This document shows positions 1-13,400 of a stretch of 64,000 nucleotides of DNA, in pieces. This DNA comes from Lama guanicoe. Its lineage: Eukaryota. Each line of letters opens with the position of its first letter. Position 1 is the first letter of the stretch. The stretch is taken from the NCBI GenBank assembly GCA_013239625.1, contig MU054400.1, forward strand, positions 665,146-729,145, written 5' to 3'. Position numbers and translations under genes: made by a program. The notes beneath the pieces are model-generated. The model was not told the DNA's origin, did no database searches, and was given only the letters and a program-made list of their open reading frames with translations.

Positions 1-779
1 TCTGAACACTGCTTTCCTAGTTTGTCATAAGTTTTGGTATGTTGAGTGAAGTCTGTATAGAAAAGGTATCACTGTTACTCTGATTATTTCTTTCATAATG
101 CAAATTATTAGCTTGTAAATAAAAATTACTTGGTTTTAACCTACCCTATTAGACAATACACTTCATGAGGGCAACCATGTTTGTCTTTTTCACTATGAAC
201 CTCCAGCACTTAAAGCACTGCCTGAAACAAAATAAGCGTTAGAATGCATGTGAACGAATGACTATTTTGTGTTCTAAGAGAAGCCTGGACCAATGAATTA
301 CTTTACAAATGCAGATCCTTCACACGTAAATGTTGTGTTCTAGTTTGTAATGCGACAGCAAAACACGCAAACGAAATAACTCCACACACTCACTTAAAAT
401 TTTGTGCTTTAAAATTTTTCAGTGCCTCCAAACTTCGTCCCTCATATTCAGCATCCATGCTATTTTTTATTATCACCTGCCGGTTTAAGTCCTTTATCAT
501 TTCTAAAAAATTTTCTATCGTTTTCTGATTTGTTAAGAGCGCTTTGTATAGTAGCTTTTTATTGTTTGTTTTGCAGGCATTTTTTTTCCCCAGATTGCTT
601 TTTTTTTTTAATCCCAGATAGCCTTTTGACTTTTTATTTTTAAGCCTACGGTTGAACTACTCTAGTAAGGAGGTGATGTCTGGGCTGACTCCAGAAAACC
701 AGTGAAGCTGGTTGGGTGACAGGGGGAAAGGGTATCGTAGCAGGAGAACAGAGGGAGTCTCAAAAGAAAAACAATGATA

Positions 780-1450
780 GATCACGCAAGTCAGGGCCCC
801 TGACAAGCACTAGCCGCCTCCTGCAGCCGGCCGCCCGGCGCGCCTGTCTGACGTCACGGACGCGCCGCAGTGTTGACTCAGGCCGCGCAACCTCGGCGGC
901 CATCTACCAGGCGCGCAGCTGCGAATATTCTCGCGGCGCCGGAACTCCAGGGCACGTGACCGGGTGACAGGGCTCTCTGGGCTGGAGGGCGCGCTTGAGG
1001 TGTTGCGGCACAGGATGGCGGAGGCGCCTCCTGTCTCAGGTACTGTCCTGGCCCGCGCGGGACTGGTGCCCTCACGGGGAGCGGATATTGGGTCAATGAG
1101 GAGTCTTAGAGCTTCGTCCACTCGTATCGCGAGAGTGGCGCGTACTAGGTTTGGGGATAGTGGCTCGGAAGGGCCTAGCCACGCGCGTCGTGTGCACCGA
1201 GTTCTCAACCCTCCTCACTGGGTCGTGAAGTTCGGCCGCTGGGTTCCTAGGGAGAGTGAGTGTGTCCGGCCTTCTCCAGGGCTTATCTTGGCCTTCCTAG
1301 GGCAACGGCCGCACTGCTACCCGACAGGCAGGCGTCGGCCGGGTCACGGCCCGTGAAGGTGGCGGGCTGCCGACGCGCGGCGGGTTGCACGCTGTGCCTG
1401 AGGTATATATGCTCGTGCGTCCCTGGAGTGGCGGCGCCGGCGCTAGCCGA
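780..1450 (+). promoter_or_regulatory. CpG-island promoter of NFX1
   Basis: CpG-dense segment around exon 1. CRE TGACGTCA at 849-856, YY1-like GCGGCCATCT at 896-905, E-box CACGTGAC at 953-960, BANP-type TATCGCGAGA at 1125-1134. Confidence 0.85.
1015..1039 (+). CDS. NFX1: NFX1 exon 1 coding part (MAEAPPVS-G)
   Basis: Kozak aggATGG; donor CAG|gtactg; 25 nt, phase 1. Confidence 0.93.
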
Positions 1451-4400
1451 ACAACATGGTTTCCAATCTTAGCCTGCCATGAACTCGCTTTGTGACTGAG
1501 TCTCGTTTTCCTAATCCTTGAGTGAAGAGTTTGAAAGTCAGTTACTGTGAAGATTCCCGCCGCTGCTGAACCTGTTTAACAATTATTAGCTTACTTCCCC
1601 TCCCGGAGTTGCCTCTGTGTAGAGACAGCCTCATTTGGCTGTTAGTGTAACATCCATTTCCACTTCCTTCAGGATATCCTAGATCGTTATTTTCCAAAGT
1701 CTTTGAACAGTGACCGAAGAGGAACATTTTACGTTGTCGCCTCAGTGCACACAGACGTAAATATAAAAAAGTGAACCAAAAGTTTCAGGAAGCAGTGGTT
1801 TTCCTTACTATCTGCAATACACTCTGTTACCTATTTCGTTTGGAAAAATATTTGTCACAGCCCACTACATAGTTTGATTTCGCGACCCACTCTTTCTGAA
1901 AAACAGCAGGGATATGCAGCATAAGATTTGTGAATAGTCATTAATTTGAGTCTTTCTTCTGCTGCCTACCAGCTGTTGGCACACCAAGAAGAGTATTTGT
2001 GTATATATGTACTTGGACTCTATACTCTACAGTTGGATTTCCCCTTAATCTGCTCCACCCATCTGCTGCTTACCTGCTGTGGTGTTATCCTGGATCTAGG
2101 GTACCACTTGCACTATAGCCAAGCCTTGGAAACATCCTGTTTATTGAGTAACTTCCAGCTATTTAAAATAGTAAAAATATAAAGGTGTCTCAGATCTTTG
2201 TGTCCAGTTTCCTGTGCCCTTTCCCCCTTCCTCATGTCTCTTAAGGGTCTTTCTGAGGGCTTTGCCTACTACCTTATGTCTGGTGGAGTGTATATTGTAT
2301 GTGAGTAGGTGCTGTCCTGTCTTGATTCTCTAGTTACATCAACTCCTTACTGCTTAACATGAAAGTATCCTATTCCTATACTTTACCAGGCTATTCTGGA
2401 CAACTTTACTGACCCTTTTCCTGCTTCTCTTACAACCTTGCTTCTTCAAGCAAGAGAAGACTGCACAAAACCCATTTGGTCTAATCTACCTATTCTCACC
2501 TTTATGTTATCTTTTAAGTTTCTGGAACACCTTCTCTGCCACCTTCTGAATTTGTCTAATCCTCTTGCCATTTTGTAAGGCCTTTCACCTCATCCTGAGA
2601 ATTCTGCCTGTGTGAAAGCTTTCAAGACAAATTCTGGAGTGAGTGAGAGGTTACCCTATGACCTTTGTGATCTCACTCAGTTCTTAAGTATGTATTTCTA
2701 TGGTACCTGCTACCCAACTTCTGACAGTGGAGTGTAATGTAGGAGTGTGGTCTTTAGGACCACATAGCCTGGGGTGGAATCCAAAATCTGCTTTGGAATA
2801 CCCCTGTGACCTTGGGCAAGTTACGAACTCTCTCTGTCTCAATTTTCTCATCAAGAATATAAGGATTAAATGAGTTTACATATGCAAAGTGCTTAGAATA
2901 TTGCTTGGCACATGTTAAGTACCTAATAAATGTTAGGGCTCTTTTTTTAAACCTGAAACCCACAGGTTGAGCACTGCACCTATCTGTGGTCAGGTTTGTG
3001 TTTCAGATAGTCTGTAGTACTAACAGGAATAATAAAGCACCATTTTAACCACTTTATATGTGTTACTTGCTTTACTCTTCATAGCAACTCTTTGATGTGG
3101 GAATTCTTCTATCTCCATTACATGTAAGAAAATTGGGATTAAGTAACTTGCATAAGGACACAATAAGTGGTGGGCAAGGACTTAAACTTATCTTCTGGGC
3201 ACTATCAGTTCATAGAATGTTCTTTGTGCTACACATAGTTCTAACTTTGCTACTGACTGGTTTGAATCCTTAGGCAAATTATTTTGACCTTGGACTTCAG
3301 GGACTGAGTTGACTATGCAAAGAAGCATCTTGGGGAGGGAGGCGATGAGTAGGTTGAAGGGGCATATGCTTAATTTTGGAGACTCTGGGATTCTGGACCA
3401 TATTACAGAGATTATGTATGGAAAATCTGAAATATATTCCTGGGGGGAAGAAATGGGATATACTCACTCTGCTGCTGCTATGTACTGTCTATATGAAATC
3501 TTGCTTAAATTCCACAATGACCCTTTGAAATAGTATTAATAACTTTTGTCATGGATGAGAAAACTAAGCTAAAAGCAATCAAGTGATATCCTCCTAAGTT
3601 CATATGGTGAGTTGGAGGGCCAGACTTTAAACTGATTTTGGCTGACTTCAAAGCCAGTTTACTTGATATTACACAATGCTACCTTAGAGTTTTGAAAGAC
3701 CACATGGAACCTGCTGATTGATGTCTCACCCCTGAACTATTTGCTGAACTTACGTTTTTTGATAAAATAAATGCTTAAAAGCCTGATGGCCCGGGTGAGC
3801 AGTTACTTAGCAATTCAACAGTGTTTGTTGGTGAGGCTCCTGGACATGGGATGATCGGTCTTCTACAAGCACCTTGAACCCACCACCTTGACAGGAAACA
3901 CAGGCCTTATGAAGAGACTGTTCTTTACAAAGTTGTTAGGAAAATAACTTTTAGGTATGGCTTAGAGTCGTTGGGGCTTAATGGGTAACCAATTAATTTC
4001 TTGCATGTCTATTACTTATGTCCTAGGTACTTTTAAATTCAATACGGATGCTGCTGAGTTCATTCCTCAGGAGAGAAAAAATTCTGGTCTAAACTGTGGG
4101 AGTCAAAGGAGACTAGATTCTAATAGGATCGGTAGAAGAAATTGCAGTTCACCACCTCCCTGTCACCTTTCCAGGCAAGTCCCTTATGATGACATCTCTG
4201 CTATTCTTCAGCACAGTTATCATCCTTCAGGAGGCAAACCTAAAAGTCAACAGAATTCTTTCCAATCCTCTGCTTCTAATAAATCACTTAAGAGCCATGG
4301 CCTTCAGAATCAACCTTGGCAGAAACTGAAGAGTGAAAAGCAGCATATCAGAGTCAAGAGAGCACAGAGTCTCATTGACCAGACCTCGGATGCAATTAGC

Positions 4401-7400
4401 TTGGAAAGCATGGCCAAGTCAGAGAGTGGGACAAACCCCAGAGAGCACAGCCCTTCTGAGAGTGAGAAGGAAACTGTTGGTGCAGATCCCAGAGGAGCAA
4501 AACCCAAAAAAGCAACCCAATTTGTATACAGCTATGGTAGAGGACCAAAAGTCAAGGGGAAACTCAAAAGTGAGTGGGGAAACAGAGTGACTCTGAAACC
4601 TGAGGACGTGGGACCTGAAAACACCAAACCTGTGGTGGTTATCCACCCTGATTCTTCGGATACATCCTCTAGAAAAGGAGTAGCAGATGGGTATGGGGCC
4701 AGACGCAGCGAGCAGAGAAGACACCCACAGAAAAGACCTCCCTGGGAAGTAGAGGGGGCCAGGCCACGACCAGGCAGGAATCCACCAAAACAGGAGGGCC
4801 AGCGACAGATAAATGCAGGATCCAGAAACAACATGACCTCTGTTCCAAAGGATCATCTTAATGAAAGACCAGCAAAATCTGCCAGTGACAGTGGGAATTT
4901 GGCAGTCATCAATAAGTCTTCCAGAAGGATTGACCCAGAGAAATGTGCTGTAAGGAGGCAAGATGCTCAAGTAGCATCCTTCCCCCGAAGCAAACAGAAC
5001 CACATGCTAAAGAATGTGGAAACACACACAGGTAAATCTTCCTAGATGGGTGGAAGTTTTTTTTTAATCTTAATTTCTGAATAGGTAATAACTCACAAAT
5101 TTAGAAACCAGGAAGTATGTAAAGGTACACAGTAGAAAGTCTTATTCTGTCCTTGTTCATCATCTGCCTGGGTCCTGCCACCGCCTGCTCCACCTCCCCA
5201 GTAGGTAACCACCTACTTAGTTTTTAAATATCATAAGCAAATACAAGTAAGGAATTTTTTTTTCTTAACAAATAAGGAATTTTGTAAGGATTTTAAAAAA
5301 CTATTTATTTATTGTTTTTTTTTATTTTAGTGGGGGTGGGTAATTAGGTTCGTTTATTTTTAGAGGAGGTACTGGGAATTGAACTTAGGACCCCATGCGT
5401 GCTAACCATGCACTGTACCACTTGAGCTATACCCTCCCTGCTAGTAAAGATTTTTTAAGTGTAGGTATGAGTGGTATGGATGTTTGGTTATGAGATTTTT
5501 TTTTTGAATTGTGAAACCTCAAGTAGAGAATGGTAACATCTCCACTGCCTCTCCTGGTTCCAGCCTGTGTCATGTCTTACCTGCTCATCTGCAAGAGTTC
5601 CTAACTAATCTTGCCATCTCCAGTTTCTTTCAATTCACCTCTTAACATCAGTGTCAGAGAGTGATCTTACTAAAACACGTATTGAACTGTGTCACTCCCC
5701 TGCTTAATTCTGTTCGGTTTTTCTCATCACCTACCGTTCTGGCTTCTGCCTCACTCAGCAGCCCCATCTGCTGCTGCCTCAGTCCCCACTGCATTTTATC
5801 CCTCAGGCTCTGTGCTGCTTCAGCATTCCATGCTGTTGCATCTGTGGCTCCCTCTGTCCAGACTTTACCACTCAGCTCACTGGTGAATTCCTACTTGTTT
5901 TTCAAAAGCTGTAGTTCAGCCACATGTCCAGGGAACATTTTCTCACCTCTACAGATAGCATTGATCTTTTCCATCCCTGTGATACGTCTTTCCCTTACAT
6001 ACACATACTTCTGTTACAGCACTAACCACGGGAAACAATCACTTGTTTATGTGTCAGTGTCCTCCAATAGTTTATGTGCTCCTTAAAAGCAGAGACTAGA
6101 TCTTTCTTTTTATTTTTATATCTCTGTTGCCTGACACAGCTCTTAGAACACAGGAGGTACTCCACTCTGGCTGTTAGAAAGTTCTTCCTTACTTTGTTTT
6201 TTGTTAGCTTGTTTGTTCTTTTTTGTTGTTGTTTATTTTTTTGAGTAAAGGTAGATTTATTTAGAGAGATACACATTCCATAGACAGAGTGCGGGCCATC
6301 TCCAAGGACGAGGGAGTGAGAGAGGCCTCTTCATTACTTTGAACTGAAAACTTCTTTCCTGTAAGTACTTCCTATCCCATAGTTCAAATTCTGTCCTCTG
6401 GAACAACACAGCAGCTAGTCTTTCTCCTCAGTTTTCCTCCCACTCGTTGCAGATAGCTCTTAGCAGTATTTGAAGACTTCTCGTTTTGCCCTGAGTATAT
6501 ATTTTATCCGGGCTAACTAACTTCATTCTGCCAGCTCTTCCTCTTGGACCATCACCATTGTCTCCCTCCAGCTTAATGTGACATCCAGCTTAATCCTGCC
6601 TGGGTCTGTTTTCACACTGGCCTCTAGTTCTGCTGGTTCTCATATGCTTCACCAGGCAGGCCTTCTTGGGACCTCAGCTTGTGTGTGAACCAAGGCAATG
6701 TTAAACCGGAGTTATTCTTGAATTCTCAAGTCTCGTCATAACTAATTACAAATGGAATGGCTTAAGATAGCACAACTTCACTATGTCATAGTTTTCTGTA
6801 GGTTAAGATTGTGGATTAGCTGAGTTTTCTACTCAGGTCTCATAGGACTTAAATTTGGCCAGGGATGCAGTCTCATCTGAGGTGTGGGGTCTTCTTTGAT
6901 GCTCACTGGTTGTTGGTAGGATTTAGTTCCTTATGAGTGTAGAATTTCTTTTTTTTAATTCAAGTATAGTGAGTTACATGTGTCAGTTTCTGGTGTACAG
7001 CACTGTCCCAGTCATGCATATAAATACATATATTCGTTTTCATATCCTTTTTCATTAAGGTTATTTATTGGAAGATATTGAATCCTTATGAGTATAGGAT
7101 TGAGCTCCCCATTTTCTTGCTGGCTCTTGGCTCAGAGTCACTCTTAGCAATTCCTTACAACGTGGCCTTCTCCACAGCATGGTAGTTTGCTTCTTCAAGG
7201 CCTACAGGGAAGCATCTGCTCCAGATTCTTTACATCTGTCTGATTTCTGTCTCTGAGCACTAGACTTATAAAAGGGCTCACTTGATTAGATCAAGTCCAC
7301 CCATACTCGGGAGATTATATAGGGCAAGCACACCAGGAGGTAGGAATCTTGGAGTCCACCTTAGAGTTCTGCATAACAAATCTCTCTTGGTCTCACATCC

Positions 7401-10400
7401 CAACATATTCCTGAGAACACTTTGTTCATATTTACTGAGGAAATGCTGTGTGCGAAGTACTGTTCTAGGTACTAGGAATACAGCATTGATGGGATTTACA
7501 TTCTAGTAGGAAAGACAGGATGAAAGCACTTAAATATTTAATGTGTCAGGTGGTGTTAAGAGCTCAAAAGAAATGTAAAACAGGTTAAGAGGGCAGTCAC
7601 AGGGGCACTAGTTTACATAGGTTGGTCTCTTTAATGAGACATTTAAACAGAGACCAGAAGGAAGTGCAGAAGTGCACCACAGGGCTCCCTGAAGAAGAAT
7701 GTTTCAGGCAGAGGGAGAAGCAAGTTTAGATTGAAGTGAGATGGGGGCATTATGAGCAATGAAGAAATAGGCAGGAGGTCAGAGAAATCACAGGGGCTGT
7801 ATCACATGAGGCTCTTAGATTTGGTTCTTAAGTAAGAAAATGAGAAGCAGCTGGAAGGTTTTGGGGAAAAGATGGCATGATCTTACAAACATTCTAAAAT
7901 GATCACTCAGCCTATTGTGTGGAGAACAGGCTCTCTGGAAGAGTTACTACCTGTTGCAGTAATTCAGGTAGTTGAAGGAAACTTGAATTAGGGTAGCAGT
8001 GGTGGAAGAGGTAAGGATCAGTTAGATACTGCATGTATTTGGAAGGTAACGCTGACAGGATTTGCAGATAGAATGGATGTTGGATGCAAGAGAACGAGAG
8101 GAGTCAAGAATGAAGCCAAGGGTGTTGTGCCCGAGCAATGCGGAAGACTAGACTTGTGCACTGGAGCAGTAATGCCTGGGAGAGGAAATGGTGGTGTTTG
8201 TTTTTAAAACTTTTAGTTTGGTGTAATTTTAGATTTATAGAAAGATTACAAAGATAGTACAGAGGAATTCCCATACATCCTTTACCCAGCTTCCTCTAAT
8301 GTTAACATCTTATGTAACCAACTCTGATTCTTTGTCAAATCTAAGAAATTAACATTGTTATGACAGTATTAACTAAATTTCAGGCTTTATTTGCATTTCA
8401 CCAGTCTTTCTGCTAATGTTCTTTTTCTGCTCCAGGATCCAGTCTAGGATACCACCTTGCGTTTAGTCAGCATATGTCCTTAGTCTCCTCTGATCTGTGA
8501 CAATTTTAGTCTCTCTTTGTTGGAAAAGGTGTTTTCATGTATGTTTTGCTTTGTGTCCTCCATGTTCAGGAAGGATCAAGGATTTGATTAAATTTGTTAA
8601 ATTTGAGTTGCCTTAATCAGACTACCAAATAGATATGTTAAGTAGGGAATTGGATATAAAATTCAGGGAAGCGATCTGGACTGGAGATTAAATTTGGGAA
8701 TTGTCAGTCAGTCTAGAGATGGTGTTTAATAGGCTAGGAGACGTCATATAAGGTGTGAGTGTAGTTAGAGAAGAAAAGATTGAGGATGGAGCCTTCCTAG
8801 GCTTGGCTGGAAGATGGGTTTCCAGCAAAGGACATGGAAGAGAGTAGCAACTAAACTAGGAGGTGGAATTTTCTAAACGTCAAATAAAAACTCAAGGAGG
8901 AGTGAGTGATCAGTTGTGCTCAGTGCTATTGATAGGAACAGAAGGATGACAACGGCATATTGACTGCTGGATTTGGCAGTGTGAGGGTTATTGGTCTTCA
9001 TAACAGCAGTTTTGTTGGAGTAGTGGGGGTGAAAGCTTGACTGGAATGGAAGGAGGATTACCCCAAATAAGTCTCCATGGCTGTTTGAGAGTGGGCTTTG
9101 CTTATTCTCACTCTGTACTGAGAGAACCTGTCATGGCCCCAGTTCTTCCAGACTGTCTGGATCCCTCCTTCTGTGATAACAAACCGCCCCCCCCATATCC
9201 TTAATTTGTTTCTGCTGTGCTCCTGCTCGTAATGGACCTGTGGGCTTCTCTCAGTTCATCACTTTCCTTACAACCTCTCAGAGCCTACTTTTTTCTCTTA
9301 TCCCTCTTACCTTAGTTTCTGGAAGCAGGGAAGAATGCACTCCTTCCCCAGTGTCATTTCTGTACCAGTATTCTGCTTTTGTATCAGAATCCCTGCTCCT
9401 TTGAAAATAATGCTACATCAACTTTCATCTCCATCACCTTCTGTGTCTCCTTATCTTTGTCATCTGTTAGCCTCCAAATCTCACCTGCTATGCCCCAGAC
9501 ACCACTGCAGGAAAAAAATCTCTGCCCTCAAGGGAATATACATTCTGAGTATAGAGTTAGGAAATAAACCATGTAAAATAAGTAAAATATATGCTACAGT
9601 AGATAGATTTAAGTAGTGTAGAGAAATAGAATGTTGAGGGAGTTGGTTCCAGTTTTTTAAGTGGGGCTAGGGACTGCCTCATTGAGAAGATGCCATTTTG
9701 AGTAAACAACTGAAATGGGAGAAGGACTGAGCTGTGCAGATGCCTATGGGAAAGTATTCTAGGCAGAGGGAATAGCAAGTTGTAAAGACCTGCCTGCAGG
9801 AATTTGCCTACCACTTCAGGGCTAGGAAGGAGGCCAGTGTCATCTCAGTAGTGACCTAGGGAAAGAGGAATAGCAAGTGAAGATTGGGAGGTGATGAAGG
9901 CCACTGTAAGGACTTTGGTTTTACAGGCATGTGATGTAGGAACCATTGGCAAATGCTGAGCAGAAGAGTGCGTCACCTAATTTGCATTTTGATGGGCTCC
10001 CTCTGGCTACTGTGGTGAGGATAGACTGAAGTAGGCAAGGGCAGAAGTAGGAAGGCTAGTTAGGAGGCCATTGTAATAATCCAGGTGAGTGGATCGTGGC
10101 TTAGACCAGAGTGTTAGCAGCAGAGGTTGGATTCTGGATATATTTTGAAGGTAGAGCCAGCAGGGACGAGAGTAATAGCCTTTGGAAAGGGCTTAGCGGT
10201 AATTTGTAGGTTATTCAAAGTTGATGGCTGTCACCACATAACTAAATGTATGTGAATCCTAGTGGTCAGATTTCACTGTGACTGTATTTAGAAACATTAC
10301 ATATAAAACAATATTTATTAACAAGCAATAAACTTAATAAACAGTAAAACAGAAAGACAATCTTCAGGGTAAAAATCAAAACAAGAATTAATCCTAGTGT

Positions 10401-13400
10401 TCTTGGGTGCGTTCTATACTTGATTTACCTTTCTGTGTCTTTTACTTCTAACTTGGTTCTGTTCTGGAGTGGTCAATAGGCATTTTCTATAAAATTCACT
10501 GCAAGTATAATTCTCGCAGACTATTCCTTTGCCCCAGTCAGCCTTTTATCTATAGATGGCTCAAACACAATCACACTCTCTAATGAGCTCTCTCTTACCT
10601 AACTTACCCCTCCAGAATCTCCCACATATAACATATAGCTGATAGGAAATATAATTAACTTTCTTATTCAGAAATGTTAACCTACTTTTAAGAAAGAATC
10701 TAAAGTCTGATTCCTCAGTTTTTATAATAGAATTCAATTTTATGATATGTTCATGTCTATCTAAAGCAGGTGGGTTTCCCTTTAAATAGCCCCTCAAAGT
10801 ATCTTTATTCCAGGCTTTCCCCAGTGGGAAAGAGCTATCCCAGAAACCTTACTGACCCCTGAAACTTTCAAAGGAGAGAGGTTATGGAACAGATGAGATG
10901 ATACTCACTTATTCCTTCATCCATTCATTTGATAGATAATACTGAACACCTGGTATATACCAGGCTTTGGTAACACTACAGTGAGTAAGGCAGACAAGGC
11001 CCTGGTCCTGCCTCCCAGAGCTTGCAGACTTGGTGTTCTGTATTTCTTTTGACATTGAATTGGACAAACAGAAAGTAATCTTAGAAAGCTAATATTATGG
11101 AGTGATTAAAATATGAGCCTTTGAGTCAGGTAACAATGAGTTTGAATTTTGATTTTTAAAATTCTAGCTATATAATCTTGATTTAACCACTTTCAGTCTC
11201 AGTTTCTTCATCTGTAAAATGGTTCCTCAGTCTGGTAACCCTACCATGGGGCTGTGTTAGGCGCCAAGCCTATCTTTGTTGAATGAATCAACTAAAGACT
11301 TTCAAGGCATCTCCTAGAACCATCTCACCGCCATAGATTGTTGGAACCTGTCCAAGGTTAGGTTTCTTGCACTTGACCGCTGCAGCTTCATGAGCCCCAC
11401 CCTAGCCTGAGTCCATAGATGTGGTAGATTCAGAGCCTCCCAGAGTCACAGAGGGCAAAGCAAGGCACTACAGCACGTTGCTTCTGTGAATGCTCAAGCC
11501 ATGTGTCATGAGGGGCGTTTGGCTACTCTGATTGAATCCTGGGCAGTTTCTTAAGAATGTTTCCTCAATTGTGGGAATTCCTACCAGAATGTCTACTTTT
11601 TAAGTCTTCTACCTCACATATTCCTGCCCCTTCCAAGCCTCAAACTCTAAACAACCACCTTACTCAGAATCAGACATCCCTTAAAACATCTACATTTGAT
11701 TCTTCTCTCAAATGCCTTGCTGGTTCTTGGTTGACTAAAGAATGTTTTCCTGTGTTTATCTGTTTTGGTTTTTGAACAGGTTCTCTAATTGAACAGCTAA
11801 CTACAGAAAAATATGAGTGCATGGTGTGCTGTGAATTGGTTCGTGTCACAGCCCCAGTGTGGAGTTGTCAGAGCTGTTACCATGTGTTTCATTTGAACTG
11901 CATAAAGAAATGGGCAAGGTCTCCAGCGTCTCAAGCAGGTCAGTCATTTCTCTCTTTTGCATATTTGTTCTCCCACTTCTGATATGTTCAGGTTTTAAAC
12001 TTAGCTTTAAAAATACTATTTAATTCCTCTTGACTATTTTATCTGCAGGGAAAGCATGTTGCCCTGATAACATTCGGAATGGTCATTATTAAGTTTTAAA
12101 TCTTTTTTGGGGGGGAGGGGCTAGTAATTAGATTTATTTGTTTATTTGTTTTTAAAGGAAGTACTGGAGATTGAACCCAGGACTATGCATGCTAAGCATG
12201 TGCTCTATGCCTTGAGCTATAGCCTCCCCCCGTTAAGCTATAAATCTTAAAATAACCAGCTAAACGTAATAATATTAAAATATGTCTAGGGTACAACATT
12301 ATCAGTCATTTTTAATGAAAATGGTAGCTTTTATGCAAATAGCAACTCTAGAAAACAATTTTTTTTGCTTGAGGTATGGTTGATGTACAATATTATATAA
12401 GTTTCAGGTGTACAACTAGTGATTCACAATTTTTAAAGGTTGTATTTCATTTATAATTATGAAATATTGGCTATACTTCCTGTATTGTACTATGTATGTA
12501 CTATATATCATTTTAGATTATTTATTTGAAAACATTTCTTGTATAGTTTGCTTTAGAAAATTTATAGAAACCAATTGTTTACTTTACCCTTAGGATGTTG
12601 AAGTTGTTTTGCTTTTAACAGATCTTCTCCATAGTATTTTGTGGGCTTTTCCCAGAGTGTACTAATATTTATAGATAATGCAAGTGTTGCCAACAATATA
12701 CTTTCTGAACTGTGGCTCTTCCAATTTAAGACACCTGGATTTTCCTACATGTACTCAAATATTTCATCCTATTTCTTTTCAAACCAACATTCAGATCATG
12801 TTTACTTTGGTATTAAAAATAATAGAACATCCTCCCACAAAGTGAAATGCTAATTATATGAAGTGATGGAGGTGTTAACTAACCTAAAGTGGGAATCATA
12901 TTGTAATATATAGTTGTATCAAATCAACACTTTGTGTACCTTAAACTTACACATGTCATATGTTAATTATATCTCAATTTTAAAAAATAGAACAAAATAG
13001 GTACCCACTTTATTCACAATATCTTGAAGTCCTTAGGAGCCTAAATGCAGTATTTAAGCAAAGCATTCAGTATTGTGAATTTGTTTCTTAAATGTCTGAT
13101 ATCCTTAACATAGAAATTACTACCACAGCTTCAATATTACAGCTTCCTGTAGATTTAATTTTTTTTTAGTTACATGTGCTTTTGTAAGGAAGTTATTTTG
13201 ATTTCTTCTTATTTTTCTTGACAGATGGCCAGAGTGGTTGGAGGTGCCCTGCATGTCAGAATGTTTCTGCCCATGTTCCTAATACCTATACTTGTTTCTG
13301 TGGTGAGTTTTTTGTGTACACTGGTGTCTCTTCCACTTTGTGCATTGTATCTCAGCTCCCAGCCCAGGAAAAGTGGTGTACTGGGCATGTTTTAGAAGTT

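Noticed and set aside
716..1472. Overlapping 70-132 aa ORFs on both strands, including a GTG-started in-frame extension of exon 1 (964..1356)
   Set aside because: Expected in stop-poor CpG-island DNA. Only 1015-1039 fits the NFX1 spliced frame.
4310..5003. Antisense and alternate-frame ORFs over exon 2 (up to 194 aa)
   Set aside because: Shadows of the real exon, with no recognisable domain or independent signals.
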